Assembly (NCBI RefSeq): GCF_018977255.1
Contig: NW_024704743.1
Coordinates: 18,106,001 to 18,170,000 of the forward strand
Length of the DNA: 64,000 bases
From: Callorhinchus milii
Taxonomy: Eukaryota
Direction of reading: 5' to 3'
Positions 10,311 through 22,635 of this stretch are shown in pieces. A program made the translations under genes and the position numbers. The notes below the pieces were generated by a model. It was not told where the DNA came from, ran no database searches, and saw only the letters and a program-made list of their open reading frames with translations. The number at the start of each line of letters is the position of its first letter. Position 1 is the first letter of the stretch.

Positions 10311-10627
10311 CCCGATGGATAGGTTATGGTGCTTTACCAAATCTGCTAATATAAATTTAAGATAATGAATCAGGCTGTTGTGCTGAGGCAGTTATAATCT
10401 GTACATTTTTAGCTGTTGTAACATTTATATTTTGTTCTTGTTTCAAAAATATTGGAACTAATAAATAAGAATATAAGATAACTTTAGATCACTTTAGCTA
10501 CCAGATCTCGAGCGGGAACATAGAAAAACAAAAGCAGGAGGAGGCCATTAAACCCATCGAGTCTGTTCCAATGGTTTATCAGATCTTGGCAGATCTTATA
10601 ATCCTAATGCTCCATACTTTTAACGTA

Positions 10628-10902
10628 CAATAATAAGTAATAATCCTTGCATTTGATATAGTGTCTAATCATAGCTTTGAGATGTTTTGAGTGACAAATT
10701 AAAAAAAAATTTTTTTTTAAGGAATTCTTACCCCTGAAAAAAAAGTGATCCGCCAATCAACTAACAACAGGGTTCCTACTCACTGCTAGGTAAACAGAGA
10801 CGTGTGGAGTAAGGAAACTTGTCCAACGTTTTGCCCTGCCCAGGAATCAAACCCGGGTCTCTCGCTTGCGAGGCGAGTGAGCTAACCACTGAGCTATGGG
10901 AC
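10628..10902 (-). mobile_element. SINE family A, internally deleted
   Basis: Head with CTCGC-CTCGCAA-GCGAG anticodon-like arm, central domain and tail. Confidence 0.9.
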
Positions 10903-11310
10903 GCTAAGTGATCCCACATTCATTTCACAGGGCAAATCCAATCTCCAAATACAACAAAATCCCAATTTCTTGACTTCAGATCTTTGTGGAGTTTTTTTTA
11001 AGCTGAATAAATACAGCATTTAAGTGCAGGCATTGTCTGAATGGTAATTAATGGATATTAAAGCATTATACAGTATTATTGCTAAATCATGTCACGCGCA
11101 ACAAATAATGTGTTTACACATTACAATTAACTGAATAAATGTTTTGTTCCCATAACCATGACATTCATCCGGAAACAGTGCATTTACAATACAGTTCAGA
11201 AGCACTTAGTGTATTAATTTAAAAAATCCCTTAATAACTTTACTAAATAACTGTACAGTAACAACTACACAGATCTTTTCAATACTATAATAATATCAAT
11301 AATACTATCA

Positions 11311-11672
11311 ATAATCATTACAGTTGGTATATTTCATGTCAGGAGGACATCCCAAAATGCTTCACAAGATATATTGTAAAGTAAAGTGATTGACTGTTTT
11401 TTATGGGTGAATGTGGCAGATAATTTTGCACACAGTAATGTCCTATGGAATTAATCACCAATTTTATTTGAGGGATTGTTGGCTAGGACACCTGGAGAAA
11501 CTCCCTTCTCTTTCAGATAGAGCCATAGGATCTTTAACATCCACCCACACGCAGATGGTTTAAGGTCTCATCTGAAAGACGGCACCTCCAACAACGCAGT
11601 GCACCCCCAGCACTGCATTAGTGTATACTGTTTCCAAATCACAACAGTGCTAGCAACTGAGCCAGGCTGACA
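11311..11672 (-). mobile_element. SINE family B
   Basis: Head CAACTGAGCCAGGCTGACA and Deu-like body GTCTCATCTGAAAGACGGCACCTCC. Confidence 0.85.
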
Positions 11673-14245
11673 CACACTATAATACAACTTCAAAACTCAG
11701 CAAGTAAATAACAAATGGAAACGTCTGTGATTTTTAGATGTGAACATTGATGATCGAGCAGTTTGAGGATCATCATCCTTGAAATCTTCAGTTATTGCCT
11801 CATTTTTTGGGGACATATTTTAAACCGCTCCGCCCTTTCCCTGACAAGCAGCGATCGCAGGGATTTATGCAGAGGGATCCAATTCTCAGACTATGCAAAA
11901 ACCATAAATCACCAGACAAAATCAATGTGCCTTGGTCAGAATGGATTTCTGCACCCTTGAAGGGAAAACTGAGTAAATGAAAATGACAATTTTCTAAAAA
12001 AAGACCTCAGCAATTGAACGTTTTGTAATCCTTCGATTGAAGCTCAGTCATATTTGAATACATCAATTCCCATTGACTGCATATAACTTATGTTTAGCGT
12101 GGAATATAAATCCAAATATCATTTCTTGATAAAATTGATTATGAAGGTTCAGTATCGAATACTTGAAGACGACACAAAGTGCAATATAGTGCATTAATAC
12201 CGGGACCCTTTTGTTCATATCTGACAGCAATCCAAGAATGTTGAAATAATTGAAATAATATAATTTGTTTCACAGGGAGCATAATCCTGTTAGAATAGAT
12301 TAAGATGTAGTTTTAGTAGGTATCAGTTTGTCTCCAATCTTGTTACGATTAGATTACATCAATAAAACACTGTAACAATTAAGAGGGTCCTATTGTAAGA
12401 GAATGCTGCCAAATTCAATAATTTACCACAGTTATGAAATCCCCCCTAAATTATTGGAAATCATTTCGTACCCCAGTTCTCATGCAGTCACTTGATTTTG
12501 TAAAGCTTTATTGGTAGCAGTAGGGAGGGAATATGAAATTGATGTAAATATGCTATGTCACTACATTATGAGCTAAAATAAACTGTCCACTTTTTTGATG
12601 TAGATTCACTCTACACACAGTTGAACCTTATTAGAGTCTAATCCATTTGTATTGCTACATCATGTCTTGTCATTTAGCTCTTTATTACATTATTCCAAAG
12701 GAATAAATTCCTTGAATTAAAATCCTTTGTTTGAAAATGCTTGTTACAAAGCACATTTCCGACATAATGTGCTGGAGCATCACAAGAGTAGACATGCCAA
12801 ACTTTTACGTAATGTATGCAAAAGCTGCAGCGCTCGAGGGACTGATTTGGATAGTTCTAGATATTAAACACTGTACCTTTTTTAAGGTTGTCGTCTGGCT
12901 GTAAATTGTGTTTCCTAGAGTTACTATAAATAATAAATCCCAAAGGGCAGATTCCATGTAATATTATGAAATGATTATCAAAGTCGATATGAGCAGATCG
13001 CATGCTCATGACAACCAGTTAACAGAATGCCATAAACAGCAAATATACTGTGCCAAACGGACATCAAGCAAGTGTCACCAGACATCTTTGGTTACCTTTA
13101 ATATTATAATAGAAAGAAGGGAAAGGAAGCAGGCTTGGTGGTACAGAGAAAATCACATTGACCTCACAGCCCTGCAAGATGTACTAGGTACTACCCTCAA
13201 AAAACAGTAGCTAATTTACTAAGATTTAGTTTGCTTGGGGTAATATGACCTGCAGATATAATCTGCACCCTGTAAATGATTTCACCGCAGGCAGTTTGAT
13301 TAAATTGCCAGTGGTGGAATGGTTTGCAAATTGAACCCAACAAGCAAAATCATTAATTTTTAGACAAAATTTATTTGTAAAACACAGGGCGTCCTCCTGA
13401 TGAGAAAGGCGCTATACAAATGTAATTTGCTGTTGTTGTTTAGATGAAACATGGTTTGGGATTGATCGAGGTTAATATGCTCACATCAAACAGTTGGAAA
13501 AATTTACACACATTTAAGCATGGATCAAAACTTTCTATGCAAATTATAGATTGACAATTCTACATAATAGGCAAAAGTGGAACTGATGGCATATTGGAAT
13601 AATATCCCGTAATTAAATGTTATGATTCTAAGATTCTTCGAGATCACATTTTTCAGAGAACATCTGGTTGTTTAATTGATTGAAAGTCAGACTTAAAATC
13701 AGATGGTTTTGTATTCAGTCTTGTGGATTTTCCCAGCTCTTTATCATTAAAAGATAAGATAAACAGGGTCTTTGTGTGACTAAATTGGCTTTGGACTTGG
13801 CAAAGCTGGACAGGTGTGCAGTAAATCCAATGCACCGCTGGCAGTTCACCAGCTTGTCGGGCTGATGAATGACTTCTATATGTAGATGTAGCCTCAACAA
13901 CAAAGGCAAACTCCAGTGAGTTAGAGCAGGATAGGCTTCGTGCTGTACCTTTACCATTTTTAGGCAGCAAAATCTTAATTATTAAACAGTTAGGTAATAT
14001 ATTTTCTATCAATTTTGCAAATACAATCTGAGGTATCTTATATAACAGCACCATTTGTCATGGATTAACTGCCTCCTCATAGTGTTCATAAAGAAGGTTT
14101 CTGTCCTTCAGACTTCTATTAGGAACAATTACATTCAGTTATCTGATTTCAAGCCTAAGGCATTTCATAAGTGATATACTATCTTCCTTGGATGTGAGCT
14201 GGCTCTGAGGTGCTTTGCTTGTCAGTGGAATGTCAGAATCGAGTT

Positions 14246-14602
14246 AGTCCTGTAGCTCAGTGGTTAAAGCACTTGCCTCCCTTGAGCTTGATTCCCGGCA
14301 GGGCAAAATGTTGAAAAGTTTTCTTTCTCCACACATCTCTATTTACCAGCAGTAAGTAAGAACCCAGTTGTTAGTTGATTAGCGGACAGCTTTTCTGGGG
14401 GTAACAATACCTTCAAAAAATATAATAACAAATTGGTCACTTCAATCTATGACTGTTTGTGGGGACACTGCTGTGCAGAACTGGCTGCTGTGTTTCCCCA
14501 CCAAAATATACAGTCAATTCTCTTCACAGTATCTCTTGTGTAGCACTTTGAGATGTCTCGAAGACTTGATAAGGCACTATATCAAATGTAAAGATTATTA
14601 TT
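14246..14602 (+). mobile_element. SINE family A, near full length
   Basis: AGTCCTGTAGCTCAGTGGTTAAAGCAC through GGCACTATATCAAATGTAAAGATTATTATT. Confidence 0.9.
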
Positions 14603-15629
14603 AATCCTCTATGGTGGTCTGGGTCCAGAGCCTGGCGAGTCCGCAGTATTCCATGATACTGTTTACAATAGACCTGGCTCATTGGTAGGACTTGGAGGGA
14701 CAGAGCAGTCACTTGCAGAAAGAATTCTTCTCACTCGGCTCTTGGATGGGAAGAATCCTTGCTGTAAAGATTCTCATTCAGCTCATGCAAGCCAATGCAA
14801 GCTATTCAGAGTACTATATAGATCTTGATCAACTGTGCATTCATAGTACTATATAGATCATTGCTATCAATTTGGACGCAATTACATATAAACAAAGTCC
14901 TCATTAAGCTAATGTAGCAATCTTATGTGATAGTGGGTTAAATTTCTATTAGGTATTTTGATCTAGCCACTGCAGCTTTCAGTTTGGTTGCAGTTAACCT
15001 GAGAATGTCCTCTTCATGTAGATTTTATGAGAGGGCGTTGCTTTGGCTAGTTGCTATGCCCATCCATATTTTTTCTTCAGGTTGTATCTATGGGCAGACG
15101 AGTCAAAGATGCAGTCCAACCGCGGAGGATGTGGGAAAGCAGCATGTACTGAGATGACAGCTTTATTCAAAATACTCGCTCCTGGGAGAATACAGTATGT
15201 GCTTGGCATGTGAGAACCAGACAATGAATTACGATTGTTTTCAGTGCCAGATGAACACGCGAGTGTAGAATTGATTCAGTGTTTGATGTTTTCTCCTCAC
15301 ACTTTTTCTCTATCAATTTTCTCCTTTTATCTTGCAAAACATTTGGTTGGTTGGTTGATTTGGACCCACAAAACTACTGGCTTCATATCCTACTGGATCC
15401 AATCAGTTCTATATTCTTTTTAGGTCAATAGTACGAGAATCATGAGAACCTAAAAATATCCTACTGGGGCAACATCACACAAGGCTGAATTAACTCTAAA
15501 CTAACCGATCTAGTTATCTGTCCATTACTTTGTGTTGAACCACCTTGAGATGTTATGCAGTAGGCTCTTCGTTAAATGGTTTTATTATATTGTTATAACA
15601 TAATAACAATTATTATAATTGTGCAATTA

Positions 15630-15785
15630 AAGAAATGGAAGTGGGTACAGACTCGTGGAGTATAAACACCGACATGGACTAGGTGGGCTGAATGGCCTGT
15701 TTCCTTGCTGTACAATTGAACAACAACAACAACAAGATTACATTTGTATAGTGCCTTTCACGTTGGGAGGATGTCCCAAGGCATT
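15630..15785. mobile_element. CR1 3' tip (+, to ~15712) abutting an L2 3' tip (-, 15718-15785)
   Basis: GGGCTGAATGGCCTGTTTCC (CR1 3' UTR), then (AAC)n..TACATTTGTATAGTGCCTTTCACGTTGGGAGG (L2 tail, reverse complement). Confidence 0.8.
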
Positions 15786-15928
15786 GATTGATTAGGTAAG
15801 GTGTTTTGAAATGAAAGTTTTCATTTTGTCTTTGTTCAATAAATTTTTTGTGTATGTTCTTGCTACACGCCCAGTCTCTTTTAGAAGATTACAGAACGAA
15901 CTGACACAGATCTTTTACAGACTACAAT

Positions 15929-16278
15929 GGAGTCCTGTGGTGTAGTGTTTAGAGCTCTCGCCTCGCAAGTGAGAGGATCCAGGTTCGATTCCCAGGTGGA
16001 ACGAAATCTTAGGCAAGTTTCCTTACTTCACACGCTTCTGTTTACCTAGCAGTAGGTACAAATCGATCGATTGGCGGATCGCTTTCCAGGAGTAATGGTT
16101 CCTCAAAAAAACATGTGGTCACTCAATCCACGACTGTTTGTAAGGCAGTGCTGTGCAAAATTGGCTGCCCCATTTTGCCCACAAAATATACTGTCAATCC
16201 ACTTTACAATATATTCTGTGTAGTGCTTTGAGATGTCTCAACAATTGATAAGGCGCTACATCAAATGCAAGGATTATT
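15929..16278 (+). mobile_element. SINE family A, full length
   Basis: GGAGTCCTGTGGTGTAGTG, B box GGTTCGATTCCC, central domain and tail. Confidence 0.92.
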
Positions 16279-16562
16279 GTCATTGTAGATTACAGAGATA
16301 CAAATACAATTTGCATTTATATAGCATATTCATATAAATTCTGCACCACCAATTGGTGGAACCATCGCTCAATGGGAAGGGATGTGTGCCTGAGCTGCTG
16401 ACAGGAAAACGGTGACGATGCTCTCACATATTTCATGCTCAGATGCGTTGCCCATCACTAAGAAATACTACAAAAACAGCGTAATTTTTTACTCAGGTGG
16501 AATTTCTCCACAACTAATTCACTTGAGAATGTGATTTCTTCTACTCGGTACCTGATAAGTAG

Positions 16563-17094
16563 ATAATAATAGTAATGCTTGCATTTGATATAGTGCCTTA
16601 GCATATCATCCAAACATCTCAAAGCACTTCACAGGATGTTCCTATGTAATTGTAATGTAATTGTAATGTAATGGCTGTGTATTTGTAGGTGAACACCGTA
16701 GCCATTTTTCCAAACAGCAGTGTTCTACAAACAACCATGAAGTGATTGATCATTTTAAAAGATTGATGGCCAGGACACCAGGAGAAACTCCGTTCTCTTT
16801 TTGAATAGTGCCATGGGAACTTTAATGTCCACCTGATCATGCAGATGGGAGCTCACCTTTGACAATCCTAGCACTGTATTGAGTTGCCAACTTCGGGAAC
16901 TTGTGTAACACGTGCTTCTCAACTGATAATGTCTCTAGTGTCTTCAGGTTGTAAGAAATTGCCACAGTAGTAACAACTTGTTAAAATAGCACTTACATTA
17001 GGTGGTGTAAAACGCAAGTCAAAGTCCTGAAGTAGAGCTTGAACCCACAATCTTTTGACTCAGAGGCGAGAGTGCTCCCAAGAGCCAGGTTAAC
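16563..17094 (-). mobile_element. SINE family B (tail/body 16563-16890, head ~17020-17094)
   Basis: GGCCAGGACACCAGGAGAAACTCC..ATAGTGCCATGGGAACTTTAATGTCCACCTG; head GACTCAGAGGCGAGAGTGC. Confidence 0.8.
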
Positions 17095-17561
17095 ATAGAT
17101 GCAGGAAAATGGAGGCACAACTGGTGTCTCGGATGTAAAGTGTGACTACTTCATGGAACCCAATGTACATCACACTCACGTATGAGAACTTGGCCCAATG
17201 AAATCTTGGGTGGAAGCCACTTTTCACAGGTTGACATGAAGTGTGGGAGGTTCCCTGAAGATCCAATTTACACCTTAATGCACTTTCCCACTGCAAGGCA
17301 CCAGTGTCACAGCCAAATCCGCTGTTTTGAGGGTGGGCATGTTTTCTACTTAGAACAAGCAGCTGAAACTCCACGGCAGAAAACATGCTCTTTTTTTACA
17401 CTACCTAATGCAATTCCACTTTTCACTATTTTAGTGAGTCGTTACTACTGAGGTAATTGTTTACAACCTGAAGATATTCTCACAAGTACAGGTTACAAAA
17501 GTTTGTGACATCCAAGACTCAGGACTTTATGGGTATTGACAGTTATAGTACTTGTTTATGG

Positions 17562-17930
17562 GACAGCCTGGCTCTCTGAGTCAAAAGGTTGTGAGTTCAA
17601 GCCCTGCATTGGGACTGAACTTACAGCCTAGGCTGTCCTTCAGTGCAGTGGTGTGAGGTGCACTTTGTCGTTGGAGATGCCGTCCTTCAGAGGAGAATTT
17701 AAACTGACGCACTAGAAATAAGGGAAGGGAGTTTCTCCTGGTGTCCTGGCCGCAAGCCTACCCATGTTAAATTGATCATTCACTTCATAGCTGTTTGTGG
17801 GCTATCACTGTGCGCAAATTAACTGCCTTATTTGTCTATAAATACACAATCACTACACTTCATAGTAAAATCAGGTGAAGCGCTTTGAGATGTCTCGACA
17901 ATGTGATAAAATACTAAACCAAATGCAAAT
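17562..17930 (+). mobile_element. SINE family B, near full length
   Basis: CAGCCTGGCTC..CTGAGTCAAAAGGTTGTGAGTTCAAGCCC head, Deu-like body and tail. Confidence 0.85.
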
Positions 17931-18771
17931 TTATACATTTTGTTTGCTGCCACTCAAGCTGTATATTTTTTTGCTTCCCCGCTCCTTTCCAAACCCTCGC
18001 CAAAGAATTTTGCACCTTATCCAAGTGACTAGACATGCAAAGCTGGGGTCTCTTGTAAGAGTTTTATATTGCAGATACTTTTCCCAGCTGAATTATGAGA
18101 TGACAACTTCCAAGAAGGTGATGACAGCTGTTGGAACCAAAATAGATTTTTTTTCTGTGTTTTCCCCCCCATCTATATATTCATGACAATTTCAGCTGGG
18201 AAAGAGCATTGCCCAGACACTGCATACTAATCGTGTCGTACAAGCTGAAAAAAGAAGGATGTGTGAAGGAACACTTTGTATTATTATACCTTTAAATAAC
18301 CCAATTAAATTACTTCCATTTCATAAGGCTAGTTCTACATTAACAATAATATATTTTAAATTACTGTAACGTCTGAGTCAGAAGGTTGTGCTTTGGAATT
18401 TTGAATTCACATCGTCTCAGTTGACCCTCCATTGCAGTGCTGAGAGTGTATTACACCGTCTACCTGTTCAAGTGGATTGAAAAGATCCTGTGGCATTATT
18501 CGAAAAGAGGAGGTAGTCTTCCTGATGTTCTGGTGCTCCCTGGGGATTGTTGGTCAGGAAACCGGGAGAAAGTCACTTGTCTTTTAGAACAGGATTAAAG
18601 TAGTTGAGTCCTGTTATGGTACTGCTCGGAGTGAAGGTGCTTCTCCACACAAAAAAAATTAAACACCCAACAGGAGTTCACAGTCCTTACTGTGACACTG
18701 CTGCACTTATTATTCTAAACCAATTATCCTATTGCTCACCCTCAAAACATTAAAACACCTGAAGCACATCA

Positions 18772-18950
18772 GAAACCCTTAGATAACTTTCCTTACTCCG
18801 CCCTCTCTGTTTACTTAGCAGTAAGTAGGAACCTGGTTGTTAGTCGATTGGTGGATTGCTTTTCTGGGTAATAATCCTTTGAAAATAATAATAATTTGGT
18901 CACTCAATCCATAACTGTTTATGGAACACTGCTGTGTGCGATTGGCTGCC
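18772..18950 (+). mobile_element. SINE family A, central fragment
   Basis: CTCTGTTTACTTAGCAGTAAGTAGGAACCTGGTTGTTAGTCGATTGG. Confidence 0.85.
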
Positions 18951-19154
18951 ATAGATTTGTACTACTGATAAGTTACTTCAATTAGGTCTTCAGTACATTT
19001 ATTAGTGTAATCATCACATGTACAACATTTAGAATTACAGGTACAACTCTAGCTGTGATCAAATCAATAATAAATGATGATATTGCATTTTTTATATCAA
19101 GAGGACATCTCAAAATACATTAGAGGATTTTCTATAATGTGTAGTGACTATGTA

Positions 19155-19265
19155 ATTTGCAGGCCAAAGGCAGGTATTTGGAGTTGAGGTACAGATCAAC
19201 CGTGATCTTATAGAATGACGGAACAGGTTGAAGGGGCTGAATGGCCAACTCCTGTTCCTATGTTC
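19155..19265 (+). mobile_element. CR1 3' UTR tip
   Basis: AGATCAACCGTGATCTTATAGAATGACGG..GGCTGAATGGCC..CTCCTGTTCCTATGTT. Confidence 0.8.
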
Positions 19266-19639
19266 CCAATATAAACTCTGCAGATTGAAAGCTATAATAA
19301 AAAAAAGATGCAACACCTTCAATCTGATAACAGGGTAAAGATTACGAGGAATAATTCTGTAGGATTCTAGCTTATTCCAACAGCAAAGAGAAATCAGTCC
19401 AGCCTCTGGTTGGATGCTCATTCAGTATCTCATCTTGTCATTATGACACTTTCCCCGTTTGATACTTTGCAAGATTTCTGTTTGCCTGCTTGATAGACTG
19501 TATTCGACGATATTCCTGTTGCATTGAGGCTGTTGTTGTTTTCTTTTCATAGATTGTGGCTCAGGACGAAGCCTTCATCTCCTCCTCCAAGGCTTTGTGT
19601 GGAGGGGTATAAGCTTGTTCAGTTATAATTTATGGTGGT

Positions 19640-20650
19640 ATCGACACCGTTGACCACTCTATACTCATCCACCGCCTCTCCTCTCACCTCAACCTTCATG
19701 GCTCTGTCCTTGACTCATTCAGATCGTACCTCTCACACCGCCTCCACTTCATCCCCACAAATGGTTTCTCCTCTAGCCCCCGCACCATCTTGTGTGGCGT
19801 TTCTCAGGGCTCTGCCCTTGGCTCCCTCCAGTTCAACATCTATATGTTCCCTCTTGGTGACATCATCCACAGACATGGGGTCAACTTCCAATTATATGGG
19901 GATGACACCCAACTGTACATCTCTGCCTTCACCCTTGACTCCAGGACCACTGTTGTTCTGACAGAATGTCTATCAGACATCAAGTCCTGGATGAGAGCTA
20001 ACTTTCTTCAGTTGAATGTCAACAAGACCGAGACTCTTCTGATTGGCTCCCGTCAGCGCCTCCTCACCTCAGGTGCTGAGAGCATTACTATCCGTGGATG
20101 TACACTCCACCTCACTGAGCCAGTCCGGAACCTTGACATCTGGTTTGACCCTCAACTATCATTTCTACCCCACATCTGTGCCATGACCCGCTCTGCCTTC
20201 CCCTACCTCCGCAACATCACCTATTTCCGCCACTATCTCACACCGCAGGCCGCCGAGACCCTCATACACCCATTCACAACATCAAGGCTTGAGAATGCAA
20301 ACTCGTTGCTTGTCGACCTCCCCAACTCTTCCCTCCATAGGCTGCAGATCATCCAGAACTCTGCAGCCTGTGTCCTCTCCCGCACCAGGCTCCGTGACCC
20401 TATCCTCGCCTGACTCCACTGGCTTCCCATTACTCAGAGGATACAGTTCAAGATCCTGGTCCTCACCTTGAAAATCCTCCATAGCCTTGCCTCCCCACCC
20501 ACCCACCACCTCCTAACGCCCTACCATCTTGCGTGCTCCCTTTGCTCAGTGGGCTCCGGCTTGCTTCACTTTCCCCACCTCACCTGCCCCACCATTAGTG
20601 CGTGGGCCTTCTGCCCCTACCTTCTGGAACTCCATCCCGCAGTCCTTAGT
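19640..20650 (+). mobile_element. L2 LINE ORF2 fragment (reverse transcriptase and C-terminus), degenerate
   Basis: [37 protein letters not shown] and LQIIQNSAA motifs (ORF 19790..20413); frameshifts and stops. Confidence 0.95.
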
Positions 20651-20721
20651 GGCTTGGCTTCAACCAGCCTTTCATGTAACCTGTTCCACTGATTGCTTAC
20701 TTCATAAATAAATAGTTGCTG

Positions 20722-20896
20722 GTGTCTTATAATGATAATGCTTGCATTTGATCTATATCATGTTGTTCAGATGTCTCAAAGCACCTGATAGAGTATACTG
20801 TAAAGTGAATTGACTGTATATTTTGTGGGCGAAACGTGGCAGCCCATTGCGCACATACAGTGTCCAACAAACAGTCGTGGATCGAATGACCAAATT
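20722..20896 (-). mobile_element. SINE A/B shared 3' fragment
   Basis: Tail plus GTGAATTGACTGTATATTTTGTGGGCGAAAC. Similar 3'-only fragments lie at ~23225, 24367, 24553, 25160, 30897, 31515, 33781, 35390, 36755, 39385, 46880, 47965, 53415 and 62960. Confidence 0.85.
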
Positions 20897-21124
20897 AAGC
20901 TTACCGTTTGAACCTGTGGCTGCTTCCTCTGCTATTGTTAATCAAATCTCTAGGTTTTGAGATGTAAAATAAGAAGATCACAATTTAAATAAAGACTTCT
21001 CCTTACATTTGGAATGCATTTAGCTCAGAGACTGAGACTCAGGCAGCCACCTGAAGCATCTGCTCTGCCAGATATCCGATAAAGTATCAAACAAGGGCAA
21101 AGTAACACAATAACAAGATGAGAA

Positions 21125-21757
21125 AATCATAATCCTTTCATTTTGATGTAGTGCTTCATCACATCATCGAGATGTCTCAAAGCACTTCACAGGACAGCGT
21201 ACTATAATGTAATGACGCAAAATCTCGCAACCATCACAAGAACATAAGAATTAGGAGCTGGAGTAGACCATTCGGCCCCCCGAGCCTGCCCCGTCATTCA
21301 ATAAGATCATGGCTGATCTATTCTAACTCCACCTACCCGCCTTGTCCCCATATCCGTTAATCCCTTTATCTACAAGAAATCTATCAATCTCAGTCTTGAA
21401 TATGTTCAAGGACTGAGCATCTACAGCCCTTTGGGTTAGAGAATTCCATAAATTCCATAAATGATTCCATAAATCATGGAGTTAATGACTAATTTTATTG
21501 GGGGATTGTTGGCCAAAACACCAGGAGAACTTTCTTCTCATGGTGCCATGGAATCTTTTGATGTTCACTTGAAAGGGCAGATGGGTCTTCGGTTTAACGT
21601 CTTATCAGTTAGACGGTACTTCTGACAATGCAACACATTCTAGCACTGCATTGGAGGCTCAGCATAAACTATGTGTGTTCCAAGTCCCAACTTGGGGCTT
21701 GAACTCACAACCCTTTGACTCAGAGTTGCGAGTGCCACCAACTGAGCCAGGCTGACA
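21125..21757 (-). mobile_element. SINE family B, split by a CR1 3' end
   Basis: Tail at 21125-21195; body and head at 21475-21757 ending CAACTGAGCCAGGCTGACA. Confidence 0.85.
21236..21448 (-). mobile_element. CR1 3' end
   Basis: AAGAACATAAGAATTAGGAGCTGGAGTAGACCATTCGGCCC..TTCAATAAGATCATGGCTGATCT. Confidence 0.88.
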
Positions 21758-22274
21758 CAGCAATGGATTTAAGGAAAGTTTGGCTGAAATTTATATTAGT
21801 TTTCACTATATCAACAGTACTTCAACGTGGTAACCAACTGTGGAAAGACATCTACATTTATGGAGAGACTGGGGATCAATAATGAATTAACCATCAGAAA
21901 AACAGAATTGGATCCAATTTGATACAAGGATAGAAATATAGTTATTGTGATTCCAGTCTTTATAAAGATCAGATCATTATGCTGGACATGGTTTAGAGTT
22001 GTATAGAATATTGATTTGAGATTGTGTCGTTTAAGGTTCATTTAATTGCCTGGCTGTATAATGCAGATTTAAAAAACAATAATTTTTAATGTAAGGTTTC
22101 TTTATTAGGTCACAAATTTTGAAATTCTGCATACATTTTATTAACCAAGTCAAAAGCACGATCCAGGGAATCATATCATGTTTTATGTCTGCCATGGGGC
22201 ATCAATTGGCATCAATCATAAAGAATACAACTCAACAGCATCCATCAAAATAAAGGTAATAAACTCAAACTACA

Positions 22275-22635
22275 TGGATTTATGGAAGGTAGATCATGCA
22301 TGACAAATACATTGGGGCGTTTTTTAATATAAAGGATATATTTATGGATGAAGCTAATATAGCTCATATGATATTCAGAAAGGACTGGATCAGACTCTTC
22401 ACACAAGACTAATAAGCATAGTACAAAATAATGGGATCAAGGCACAAGTTGTAAAACTGGATAATGGTTTGGTGAGATAATAAGTAGCAAAGAGTTGTTA
22501 CCAATGGTAACACAGTAATTATAATTGGGCAGCAAGAATACCATTGGTATTCTCAGGCATTGCATTTACAGCACTTGCTGATTTATTATCAATAACCCTG
22601 AAGGGGATATCGTTTAAATTGTGAAATTCAACTTG
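22275..22635 (+). mobile_element. Highly decayed CR1 RT remnant
   Basis: CATGGATTTATGGAAGGTAGATCATGCATGACAAAT (HGF..GRSC.TN), H.RL..K-like and QRVV.NG-like segments. Confidence 0.6.

Noticed and set aside
19790..20413. Functional reverse transcriptase gene
   Set aside because: A fragment of a truncated L2 with flanking frameshifts and stops, no endonuclease and no ORF1.
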